From assembly GCA_963677485.1 (NCBI GenBank), contig OY781964.1, positions 4,192,001-4,256,000 of the forward strand: 64,000 nucleotides of DNA, given 5' to 3'. The DNA comes from Armatimonadota bacterium (GTDB lineage Bacteria; Armatimonadota; HRBIN16). This document shows, in pieces, positions 47,089 through 56,966 of the stretch; positions within the stretch are counted from its first letter, which is position 1; the number at the start of each line of letters is the position of its first letter. The notes beneath the pieces were generated by a model. It was not told the origin of the DNA. It saw nothing but the letters and a program-made list of their open reading frames with translations, and made no database searches. The translations under genes were made by a program, and so were the position numbers.

Positions 47089-49848
47089 ATGAACCTCAAA
47101 AAAAGTATCCGATTTGTATTACTACTCCTCGTAGTGATATGCAGCGTTAAGGTCGATGCACAATTCAAGCCGATTCGGGCGGATCTGCCCACTCCTAATA
47201 GTCGAATCTCCCTCCCCTTCTTTGGTGTTCGACATAATGATGCCCATGGAACTATCGGATCGCTCACTGCCCAAGCCACCGATGCATCACAGCCGCCAGT
47301 CATTGACTACTTCGCACCCCTCGGCGGGTGGGCCTATGATACAGTGAGTATCTACGGGGCAAACTTCACAGGTGTGACCGAGGTATATATTGCCAATTTC
47401 TACGCCGAATTTACGGTAGAGAACGACAATTTGATCAGTGCCTTGGTGCCCGAATACAGGGATGGGACAGGCCCTGTATCAGTGACTGGTCCTGGTGGCA
47501 CCGCGTACAGCACAGAGAATTTCACGATCTACACCTACGGGCCTATCATGACGACCACCATCGATTCATTTGAACCTGTCAGTGGACGGGTGGGCGACAC
47601 GGTCGACATCTATGGTATGGACATCACCGGTGTCAAGAATGTGGCGTTCAACAGAATGCCCGCACAGATAGTCGGATCTGAATATGGACACATTACGGCA
47701 GTAGTGCCGAAAGGAGCGACCACAGGCAAAATATCGATCGATGCCATGTACGGGCCGGCGACAAGCGAGGATGATTTTGTTGTAATTCCATCCACTCCGC
47801 CAGTTGGAGCCATCGAGATATGGGGAGGAAGTAAGCTTACACCGGGAGAGCCAAACGGGTTCACCTACATCTCAGCTGATGATCTCAGTACGATAGGTAT
47901 AGAGCGGGACGGTTCCATTGTAGGCTGGGGATCAAACTATGTTGGAATGCTCATGACTCCGTTACCGAACTCCGATTTTAGGATGGTGGCCTCAGGATGT
48001 GCGCACACTGTTGGATTGAAGAAAAATGGTAGCGTTGTATGTTGGGGCAACAACACAAGCGGACTACGCAATATCTCTGCACCAAACAAGGATTTTATAT
48101 CGATAGATGCAGGAGCGTATCATAATGCCGGTCTGAAGGCTGATGGAACCATAGTCTGTTGGGGTGGTAATGAAAATCAGCAATGTAACGTACCGTCACC
48201 AAATGCAGACTTTACGGCGGTGTCCGCTGGTTATAGTCATACAGTTGCATTAAGGAAAGATGGGTCGGTGGTATGCTGGGGTAGTAACAGCATGGGACAA
48301 TGCAGTGTGCCTTCTCCAAATGCCGATTTCGTGGCTGTATCTGCTGGCTTAAGTTATACTGTAGCTCTCAGAAAGGATGGGTCCATCACAGGTTGGGGTA
48401 ATAACGCATATGGGCAGTGTTCACCACCAGAACCGAATGTGGGATTCGTTGCGGTCTCAGCCGGGTATTATCACACAGTGGCACTTAGGGGAGATGGTTC
48501 GGTGGTTGTATTTGGTAACAATACGTACGGTCAGTGTGATATACCCAAACCAGATGGTATATACATAGCGATCTCCGCTGGTAGTGTTCATTCGGTGGCT
48601 TTAGGTAAAGACGGATCGGTGCAGTGCTGGGGGGGCAATGACAATAACCAATGTGGAGTCACACCGAATGATGACTTTACCTTAGTCAAATCGCGCGATC
48701 ATGTTACATTTGGGTTAAAAAATGACACCATTGTTTGCTTCGGAAGCAATTTAGGCAATCGAATTCATGTTCCCGAACCTAACCAAGGGTTTGTCGAAAT
48801 AGGTGTCGGGCAAGGTCACGCCGTAGGCCTGAGAAATGACGGATCAGTTGTGTGTTGGGGCGATAATTCTTTGGGTCAGTTGGATATTCCTCTACCCAAC
48901 CAGGATTTTGTGGCTATTGCCGTAGGAGCGCAGCACACACTAGCAGTGAAAAGGGACGGCACGGTTGCTGGCTGGGGTTGGAATGAATATAACCAATGCG
49001 ACATACCAGAGCCAAACCGCGCTTTTGTCGCGGTGGCCGCTGGCGATGCGCATTCGATAGGCTTGAAGGAGGACGGATCTTTAGCTCAATGGGGATATGC
49101 GTATTATTGTCAACAATATCCACTACCATCCCCAAACAGCGGCTATGTGGCCATCGCGGCAGGTGACTACCACTCGGTCGGATTGAAAAACGACGGATCG
49201 ATTGTTTGTTGGGGCTGGAACGGATTAGGCCAATGTAACGTGCCTGAACCAAATCAGGACTACATAGCTGTTGCGGCTGGCTATTCACATACTATGGGTC
49301 TCAAATGTAATGGATCGATCGTCTGTTGGGGAAGTAACAACGAAGGCCAGTGCAATATTCCTCTCCCTAACAGTGGCTTTACAGCTATAGCAGCAGGATA
49401 CAACATTTCACTGGCTATACGCAGTCTATATTCGATATCTGGGAATTTGCATCTGGACGGATATTACGGTAATCAGCTACCGGTGGAGCTGTCGGCTACC
49501 ATCAACACTACTGGGTATCCGGACATCACCCAATGTATGAGCTTGAACTCACGTAATGTCAGCGACTATCAAATCACAACCTATCTGCCGCCCCCATATG
49601 ATGTCCGCATTTTTGGATCCCATTTTCTACCCATCAAGGCGGCAAATGTTGCCGGCGGGAATATCCCCAACTTCTCCCTCGTCAACGGCGACGCCGATGG
49701 CGATGGGCAGATCAACCTGTTCGACTTCGTGGTGCTTGACTCCAACTTCGGCAAGTCGACCCCCATGGCAGACCTGAACGGAGATGGGCAGGTGAACCTG
49801 TTTGACTATGTGGTCATCGACCAGAACTTCGGAGCCAGGGGAGATTGA
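47089..49848 (+). CDS. Secreted IPT/TIG + RCC1-repeat protein with dockerin-like tail (copy 2)
   Basis: Two IPT/TIG-like modules (P.IDYFAP..G, IDSFEP.SG.VG..V.I.G, VPKGATTGKI), RCC1 repeats, same tail as copy 1. Confidence 0.88.
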   Translation: MNLKKSIRFVLLLLVVICSVKVDAQFKPIRADLPTPNSRISLPFFGVRHNDAHGTIGSLTAQATDASQPPVIDYFAPLGGWAYDTVSIYGANFTGVTEVYIANFYAEFTVENDNLISALVPEYRDGTGPVSVTGPGGTAYSTENFTIYTYGPIMTTTIDSFEPVSGRVGDTVDIYGMDITGVKNVAFNRMPAQIVGSEYGHITAVVPKGATTGKISIDAMYGPATSEDDFVVIPSTPPVGAIEIWGGSKLTPGEPNGFTYISADDLSTIGIERDGSIVGWGSNYVGMLMTPLPNSDFRMVASGCAHTVGLKKNGSVVCWGNNTSGLRNISAPNKDFISIDAGAYHNAGLKADGTIVCWGGNENQQCNVPSPNADFTAVSAGYSHTVALRKDGSVVCWGSNSMGQCSVPSPNADFVAVSAGLSYTVALRKDGSITGWGNNAYGQCSPPEPNVGFVAVSAGYYHTVALRGDGSVVVFGNNTYGQCDIPKPDGIYIAISAGSVHSVALGKDGSVQCWGGNDNNQCGVTPNDDFTLVKSRDHVTFGLKNDTIVCFGSNLGNRIHVPEPNQGFVEIGVGQGHAVGLRNDGSVVCWGDNSLGQLDIPLPNQDFVAIAVGAQHTLAVKRDGTVAGWGWNEYNQCDIPEPNRAFVAVAAGDAHSIGLKEDGSLAQWGYAYYCQQYPLPSPNSGYVAIAAGDYHSVGLKNDGSIVCWGWNGLGQCNVPEPNQDYIAVAAGYSHTMGLKCNGSIVCWGSNNEGQCNIPLPNSGFTAIAAGYNISLAIRSLYSISGNLHLDGYYGNQLPVELSATINTTGYPDITQCMSLNSRNVSDYQITTYLPPPYDVRIFGSHFLPIKAANVAGGNIPNFSLVNGDADGDGQINLFDFVVLDSNFGKSTPMADLNGDGQVNLFDYVVIDQNFGARGD

Positions 49849-49859
49849 ACCCAACATCG

Positions 49860-50284
49860 CACCCGTCTATCAAATATACATAACATGTCGAAACGTTTGG
49901 TATTTTGCGGTTCTGCTCTCGGTTAGTACCCTGTGCCGTCATGTTCAAAGATGGGCAACTGGAACCATCGATTCCTTGGGGGGTGATGCGCCTGGCTCCA
50001 GGTGTCCGGTCAGAATATGTTCCATAGCTGCCCGCGGCAGCCAAATAATTGGTCTTTAATAGGATGTTTCCATAGTCTGCTGGGGTGACAATAAATACGG
50101 TCAGCTCGATGTGCCTGTTCCTAACAGCGGATTTTTGGTTATTGATGCCGATCAAACATATCATGCGGACTGAGAGCAGTTGGATCCGTTGTGTGTTGGA
50201 GCGATAGACTTGATAGACAGTGCGATGTTCCCACACCAAATCCAGATTACCTGTTTTTGGGCCCTGCACTCTACCACATATTAG
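49860..50284 (+). pseudogene. Decayed RCC1-repeat gene, left fragment
   Basis: Remnants ATGTIDSLG, SIVCWGDNKYGQLDVPVPNSGF and QCDVPTPNPDY...YHIL with stops and frameshifts; left boundary approximate. Confidence 0.8.
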
Positions 50285-51940
50285 TATCTTACCAACCATA
50301 TTTTGAACACGGTGTATAGAATATTCTGATATTACGCACCACACAAAGCGTTAGGCACAACGATCTGGCGAATAGCAAGTGCTGCCATGATGATACGCTT
50401 GCCAAGTGCAGTGAGGTAGTATTTGTAGCGTTTACCGCATTTTTTAACGAGCCGGAATACTCGGCATCGCTTGATGAAGTATGATATCTGAGAGCTGGAC
50501 ATCTGCGGTAAGGCTTTTTGAAGCATACGGTTTGTGATCCCGCTGATGCATCCCTCTCCGCGAGCAAGTGCAATGAGACATTCCAAATCCTTCTTGAGGA
50601 AAAGGTTGAATCCTCGATACGAGCGATGATCACGGGTGGTCGAGGTCGCGATTTTGATGATCTGATGTTCACCATCGCTGTTGTCATCAAGGGCGGAAAG
50701 AAAGTCAAGATATCTGTTGTTTGCAGATAATAACAGTTCCCTCAATGGAGGAAGGCTGTAGATGGTCTTTTGCATAGGGGCGTATTTAATCTCAGTCGTC
50801 CCATCATGATGTTCTACCTCACGGTAGTGTTTAAATTCAGAGACGTCATTCACAGTCGTCTCGATACGCAAGATTATCCCTTGCTTGTCATACATTTTGA
50901 TAGAAGCCCATCCCATGTAGTGTTTGATGCGCGTGCCTTGTATGCGGCGATCGAACTTGTAGTCAGTGCCGATCTCAGCGAGTGTTCGCCCATCAAGTTT
51001 CTTACCAAGAAACATCGCGATAGACTCTGGCGTTACCGTATGTATCGCTGTTTTGACTAGATTATCGTAGATGGCTTTGAGGTCTTCGGCGCGTTTGAAC
51101 ACGATGTCTGTAGCATATTCCACCTGCATTAGCGACCAATGATATGAATTGTCAGCAAGCCGTATCACGGGGCAATACATTCTGGCAAATGCATCCAGCG
51201 CATGGTGCAGCTTATCAGCAGGAAAAGCGTCTGCCAGCCTCTGAGCACAGCTAAAGTCGTCGATTTTTACAAAGGCGTTGTCCAGTGGAGTGAAAACTAC
51301 TCCCTCGGATTGAAGGCAATGCGCGAGATAATTGTGTCCATTACAATAGAATTGCAGACGGAAGGGCACCCAGGTCGGAACTCGTAGATAGCACAGTCCA
51401 AACTCTGCATCGATGAAATAGAAGTAGTAATGAAGACACTTGGTCTCCTTGATATTCAGCCGGGTTTTGTGGGTAATCTTGTCGTGCCACGGGGTGTATG
51501 CAGGACATTTTTCCAACACTGAGAATATGTGGACGAGACCGGGGTGACACCCTCGACTACTAATGATCTCTTTGATGCGGTCTTCTTTTCGAAATGAAGA
51601 GGCACGGCGTATATACTCAATTTCAATGCTGTTGGTAACGGCAAGGCGTTCCGCATTGGCTTTGATCTCATCTCGTAGAGGTTCGGCAAATTCCTTAGGA
51701 AAGTCAAATAGCCTGATGTTGCGTTGATGAAGATAGATGCCCATTCCGTCGCTATGACACCAGCCTGGGATTGTACCGGTGATAACTATGCGGTCGAAGC
51801 ATGAATATACCCCAGCTATCTGCTTTGCATAGCGTTCTTGAAGTGATGTCATTCTGGGCAACCTCACGAAAGGGTGTTTGAATGTATATTACGTGGCGAA
51901 TGCAATCATTCCTTTTTTGGTTGCGGCTAAGCCGCCTTAG
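50285..51940 (-). mobile_element. 1656-bp single-ORF insertion without terminal inverted repeats, flanked by TTAG
   Basis: TTAG at 50281-50284 and 51937-51940; removing the element restores an in-frame RCC1 repeat (YHIL-GLKCDGSIVHWGN); terminal hairpin GCGGC-TAA-GCCGC. Confidence 0.85.
50332..51852 (-). CDS. Putative transposase/Rep-like protein with C-terminal winged HTH
   Basis: About 506 aa from ATG 51852 (GAGGT SD); QVEYATD, IKMYDK and LRIETT motifs; wHTH-like tail with YKYYLTALG. Confidence 0.75.
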   Translation of the reverse strand: MTSLQERYAKQIAGVYSCFDRIVITGTIPGWCHSDGMGIYLHQRNIRLFDFPKEFAEPLRDEIKANAERLAVTNSIEIEYIRRASSFRKEDRIKEIISSRGCHPGLVHIFSVLEKCPAYTPWHDKITHKTRLNIKETKCLHYYFYFIDAEFGLCYLRVPTWVPFRLQFYCNGHNYLAHCLQSEGVVFTPLDNAFVKIDDFSCAQRLADAFPADKLHHALDAFARMYCPVIRLADNSYHWSLMQVEYATDIVFKRAEDLKAIYDNLVKTAIHTVTPESIAMFLGKKLDGRTLAEIGTDYKFDRRIQGTRIKHYMGWASIKMYDKQGIILRIETTVNDVSEFKHYREVEHHDGTTEIKYAPMQKTIYSLPPLRELLLSANNRYLDFLSALDDNSDGEHQIIKIATSTTRDHRSYRGFNLFLKKDLECLIALARGEGCISGITNRMLQKALPQMSSSQISYFIKRCRVFRLVKKCGKRYKYYLTALGKRIIMAALAIRQIVVPNALCGA

Positions 51941-51985
51941 GACTGAAGTGTGACGGCTCCATCGTCCATTGGGGCAACATTTAAG
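51941..51985 (+). pseudogene. Decayed RCC1-repeat gene, right fragment
   Basis: (G)LKCDGSIVHWGNI-stop directly after the element end. Confidence 0.75.
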
Positions 51986-52003
51986 ACCAGCAGGATGATG
52001 TAT

Positions 52004-52030
52004 CGGAGCGGGTCTAGATAAGCCAGAATG
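52004..52030 (+). repeat. 27-bp direct repeat, copy 2 (upstream of RCC1 gene 3)
   Basis: Identical to 44535-44561. Confidence 0.9.
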
Positions 52031-52225
52031 AGGATTCGTGGGCTCCATATTATGATGTGCTCATGACAGCAATAATGCTTGATTATGCCCACATCGAGTT
52101 CACAGTGCATGATTTCTATTGATATAGCCATCTCCTGTCGGGTACATGTAAGGGCATAAGTGATCAGCGGTGAGGACCAACCAGTGCTAGACAAGTGTGT
52201 GAGCCCTAGATGATGGAGGCATAAC

Positions 52226-54364
52226 ATGAAACACACGATAGCCGTATTCTGTAGAAGCATGGTCAGGTGGGGCATCTGGCTTTTGATGCTGGTTTGCAGT
52301 GTCTATAGCTTTGCCCTGACGGGCACAATAGAAGGTTGGGGATCTAATTGCACAGCACCTGGTGATATGAGTGGCTTTATATCAGTTTCAGCAGGTGCCA
52401 TGCACTCCGCAGGGGTAAAACACGATGGGTCGGTAGTGTGTTGGAGATACAACCACGACCGCCAATGTAATGTGCCAGCACCCAATAGTAACTTCGTGGC
52501 GGTCTCCGCAGGTTTTTACCACACAGTAGGACTGAAGAATGACGGCTCGGTTGTTTGCTGGGGCAGCAACCAGCAGGAGCAGTGCAATGGGCCATCACCT
52601 AACAGCGGGTTCACGGCTGTTTCGACTGGCACCTACTATTCTGCAGGCCTGAAGAGTGACGGCAGCATTGTTTGCTGGGGCAATGCCGCCTATGGTGAGT
52701 GTAGTGTGCCTGCACCCAACAGCGACTTCGTCGCCATTTCTGCAGGTCCCGAGTTCATGGTTGGTCTGAAGCACGACGGCTCCGTGGTCTGCTGGGGAAA
52801 TAACGCAAAAGGCCAATGCAGTGTTCCTTCTCCGAATAGCGGATTTATCGGAATATCGGCAGGAGTCAACCATGCCGCTGGCTTGAAAAGTGATAGCTCG
52901 ATCGTGTGTTGGGGCCTGAACACCGATGGTCAGTGCAGCGTTCCGTCACCGAACAGCAGTTTTATAGCGGTTGCGGCCAGTAAATACCATACATCGGGAT
53001 TGAAGACTGACGGCTCGATCGTGTGTTGGGGCTGGAACGGTGATGGCGGATGCAATGTTCCCGCACCCAACGGCAACTTTACCGCCATATCGGGAGGTGA
53101 CTATCATACGGCAGGACTTAAGCGGGATGGTTCTCTGGTATTCTGGGCATGGAATGACGATGGTCAGTGCAACATGCTTGCACCTAACAGCGGATTTATC
53201 GCCGTTTCGGCAGGATATCATTCTGCCGGGTTGAAACAAGATGGCTCGGTGGTTTGTTGGGGATGGAACACATATGGTCAGTGTGTTGTGCCAGCTCCCA
53301 ACAGCGAGTTCATTGCCCTCTCATCTGGATACGCCCATACAATCGGCTTGAAAAGTGATGGCTCTGTCATCTGTTGGGGCGATAACTCATATGGTCAACG
53401 CCAGGTACCGGCGCCCAACAGCGGGTTTAGCTATATATCTGCAGGAATCAACCATAACGCCGGGGTTAAAACTGACGGATCAGTGGTCTGCTGGGGCTCG
53501 AATTCGTCGTCTCAGTGCTCTGTGCCCTCACCCAACAGCGGATTTATGGCGGTCTCCGCAGGCGACAGCCATACGGTAGGTTTGAAAACTGATGGAACGG
53601 TGGTCTGCTGGGGAGCCAACACGTCAGGGCAGTGTAGCGTACCGGCTCCGAACAGCGGCTTCACAGCGGTTGCAGCGGGGACAAGCCATTCTGCTGGACT
53701 GAAGAACGACGGATCTATTGTCTGCTGGGGATCAAACGCATTCGGTCAATGCACCGTACCAGCTCCTAACAGCGGCTTTACTTCCGTGTCAGCAGGAATT
53801 AGTAATACTGTCGGTTTGAAGAGTGACGGTTCGATCATCTGTTGGGGACTTGATGGGCATGGCCAATGTGCGGTACCGACACCAAACAGCGGATTTGCAG
53901 GTATTTCTGCTGGGGCTTACATTATTGAAGGCATTCGTACTCAGCATTCGGTGTCTGGTGCAGCCCATCTGGGTAACTTCGTGGGCGATGTCACTCATCA
54001 ACAGCTTGTGGCGTCCATCAGCAGCACGGCTAACCCGAGTAACTCGCAGTGCCTGAGCTTTTCGCCACAGATCGACGGAAGTTTTCTGATCAACAGTGCC
54101 ATCAGTCCTCCGTTGCAGGTCTTGATTAGCTGTCAGCATTTCTTGCGGCTCAAAATCCCCAATTTCGATCCATCAAACAGCATGAACTTCACGCTGGTCA
54201 ACGGTGATTCTGATGGTGAAGGACAGATCAACCTGTTCGACTTCGTGGTGCTCGATATGCACTTCGGGTCTTCGGACAGTATGGCAGACCTGGACGGCAA
54301 CGGGCACGTGAATCTGTTCGACTACGTGGTCATCGACAAAAACTTCGGAGCTAAAGCCGACTAA
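52226..54364 (+). CDS. Secreted RCC1-repeat protein with dockerin-like tail (copy 3)
   Basis: Same architecture as copy 1; very regular repeats; GGAGG RBS. Confidence 0.88.
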   Translation: MKHTIAVFCRSMVRWGIWLLMLVCSVYSFALTGTIEGWGSNCTAPGDMSGFISVSAGAMHSAGVKHDGSVVCWRYNHDRQCNVPAPNSNFVAVSAGFYHTVGLKNDGSVVCWGSNQQEQCNGPSPNSGFTAVSTGTYYSAGLKSDGSIVCWGNAAYGECSVPAPNSDFVAISAGPEFMVGLKHDGSVVCWGNNAKGQCSVPSPNSGFIGISAGVNHAAGLKSDSSIVCWGLNTDGQCSVPSPNSSFIAVAASKYHTSGLKTDGSIVCWGWNGDGGCNVPAPNGNFTAISGGDYHTAGLKRDGSLVFWAWNDDGQCNMLAPNSGFIAVSAGYHSAGLKQDGSVVCWGWNTYGQCVVPAPNSEFIALSSGYAHTIGLKSDGSVICWGDNSYGQRQVPAPNSGFSYISAGINHNAGVKTDGSVVCWGSNSSSQCSVPSPNSGFMAVSAGDSHTVGLKTDGTVVCWGANTSGQCSVPAPNSGFTAVAAGTSHSAGLKNDGSIVCWGSNAFGQCTVPAPNSGFTSVSAGISNTVGLKSDGSIICWGLDGHGQCAVPTPNSGFAGISAGAYIIEGIRTQHSVSGAAHLGNFVGDVTHQQLVASISSTANPSNSQCLSFSPQIDGSFLINSAISPPLQVLISCQHFLRLKIPNFDPSNSMNFTLVNGDSDGEGQINLFDFVVLDMHFGSSDSMADLDGNGHVNLFDYVVIDKNFGAKAD

Positions 54365-54618
54365 AAGACAGACAATGTAAATATGAATGCCCATTGACAG
54401 ACCGCGGTGCGAGTGATATGACGGTGAGAGCTTGACGCCGTTGTAGATGCCGTGCTACACTCTAGGCGGCATGGCGGGATTACGCCGTTGGCATGTCTGC
54501 AAATATGCAGAGTCGCAATATCTCATCACCACATCGGTATGTAACCCCGCGTCGTACAATCATGTACTAGCAGGCAGTTATCAAAAAATCATATACTCGC
54601 ACATGGGATCAGTTATGA

Positions 54619-56966
54619 TTGGAAAGGGTAGATATAGTGCTCCGTTTGGCTCATTCACTAATCCCACTAATGGCGACGGTCATGATAACATTGATGGCAT
54701 CATCGCCATCATTCAGCCGCGACACATTCCACAAAACACAATGGTTTACTCCCAAACTGGTGGTTAAGAAAGCGATGCCTGATGCCGCTGGAGCTCGAAT
54801 CCGGCAGGTAAAGGGCACCCCTCGGCTCTTCGTGAACGGCCGGTTGGCTGTGCCAAATTTCTTGTTTGTCAACACAGATAGTGCCGTTAGTGAGGAATAC
54901 TCACAGCAGATCACCCATCAAGTGGCACTGGCCAAAACCGAGGCGAATCAGCATCTGGTATCCATGATCTACTGGCTTGATTGCAATAGCGAGCTTGATG
55001 ACAGCCGGAAATACTCCGATCTCGACCGTAAGCTGGATATGACGATCGCTGGCGATCTAGAAGCGAAGATCATGCTGCGATTGGGGATCATCAACACAGG
55101 ATATATCGACTCTGCCATCCCCGCGTCGGAGCGGATGAAGTATGTCGGCAACCCCGAATTGGGTGAGATGGCCAGACTATCTATGGCCTCACCCCTGTGG
55201 ATACAGCATACAGCCGATGAACTAGCGCGAATCATCAACTACCTGCGCAGCTCACCGAAATACGCGAAGCACATCATAGGTCTGCATTTGGACTGTGGTG
55301 AGTGGTTTCAGTATGGCTTCAGGGAGTGGGGGCTTGATATCAGCGAAGCGAACTCCCGCCTATTCAGGCTCTGGCTGAAAGAGAAATACGGAACTAACAA
55401 TGCCTTGCAGGCGGCATGGGGAACTGGATACAGCTTGGAGACAGCTCAGGTGCCCGAGGATTTGCCCGCCAACAAATATAACGACCATTACGACCGCACA
55501 CTGCTTTTGGAGAAGGGTGATGCGAGATGGATCGACTATCTGGACTACATCAGCACGATGGTGACAGATCGGTTATTGCAGATATCCAAAGTGATCAAAG
55601 ACTATTCCCAAAACCAATGGGTCATCATGATCAACTATGGCTACTTCTTTGAACTTGGGAATGCGGCTTCAGGACACTACTCATTGACGCGGCTTCTTGA
55701 ATCTAGGAATGTCGACATGCTCACCTCCCCAATATCATACCTCGACCGTGGATACCTGAGCCCATATCAGCAGACCGCCACCATAGCCGGATCCACGGGC
55801 GCCTACATGAGCACGGCGGAGTCCGTATTACGCGCCGGCAAGATATGGCTTTTCGAGAGCGACGATATGACCTACAAACAAAAGCTCAAAGGCCGTTACA
55901 TGACCGATGCAGATGCAGAAAGTATGTTTGGGATTCTCAAGAATATAAACGAGATACACAACGTACATAAGCGAGAAGCAGGGGTTTGCATTGTGAACTC
56001 CACCGGCATGTGGCCGATGGAGCTGCGGGGTCAGGGCTGGCTTGATGATGCGCAGATCTGGACCAACTACAATGCTCTCACTGAACTGTATCTGAAGTAT
56101 ATCCAAGCAACGAAATCAAAAGCGACATACGAAGTAGCGATCGTGGTGGATGAAAAGGCAGACCGCATCTCGCGTCAGCCGATACAAACTATCACTGCCA
56201 TGAAATCTGGTTTGCGGTATGCTGCCTGCAGGATGGGCGCATCTGTCTGTTTCGTGCTCCTCAGTGATGTGCTGGCCGGGAAGGTGAATGACGCAAAGCT
56301 GTATGTTTTTGCTGACCCATATCGCTTGTCTGATGATGAGGTGACCAAACTAGGCTCCATCATACACCAAAAGGGTAAAACTTCGGTGTTTATGTATGGG
56401 TTTGGTGCTCAAAGTGTCGGAAATATCAGAAAACTGACCGGCATGGATATCAGTGCTGACAAAACCAACTTGAGCAGTCAACTGAGCATCAACAAGCTCC
56501 AAAAAGCACTCCCAGGACTGACTTCTGACGCCGGAGCCACCGTCAACCCGCGATATAAAGTCACAGCTCATCAGACGGAGACCCTTGGATACTATTCGGA
56601 TGATGCCATCGGCGCGGCGCTCTACCAGGCACCGAACTATAACACGCTGTTTATGGATCGACCATCATCACTCCCGACTCACTCAGAGCGATTGCCAAAT
56701 ATGCTGGGGTTCAGGTGTTTGCAGAGGATAATGATGTCTGCGCGGCCAATAACAACATGATCATGCTCCATGCGTCCTATGCTGGTATTAAGCTGATCCA
56801 CTTCAAACCTGGTATGGACGTATATGACTACTTCCACAACAAGTGGTATGAAAATGTATCGTCGGTGAACCTGGACGATATGCCATTTGGATCCACACGG
56901 TATCTGTTCTATGGACAAAAGGCTGAGATCGAGAAGATGAACCTGCCGGATTGGAGCCTGGACTAG
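54619..56966 (+). pseudogene. GH42-like secreted protein split by a single frameshift near 56655
   Basis: GTPRLFVNG, IIGLHLDCGEWF, FRLWLKEKY and YGYFFE motifs; after TLFM the homologous sequence continues in another frame (GSTIITPDSLRAIAKYAGVQVF...) into ORF 56715..56966. Confidence 0.7.

Noticed and set aside
50332-51852. MarR-family transcriptional regulator
   Set aside because: The wHTH covers only the C-terminal end of a 500-aa protein, and the gene sits in a precise insertion.
44900-54000. CRISPR-like periodic repeats (about 117-bp period)
   Set aside because: They are degenerate coding repeats of RCC1 proteins that vary at third codon positions; no identical repeat-spacer structure and no cas genes.
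44771-54364. Diversity-generating retroelement acting on the RCC1 genes
   Set aside because: No reverse transcriptase in the window, and no template/variable repeat pair differing only at adenines was seen.
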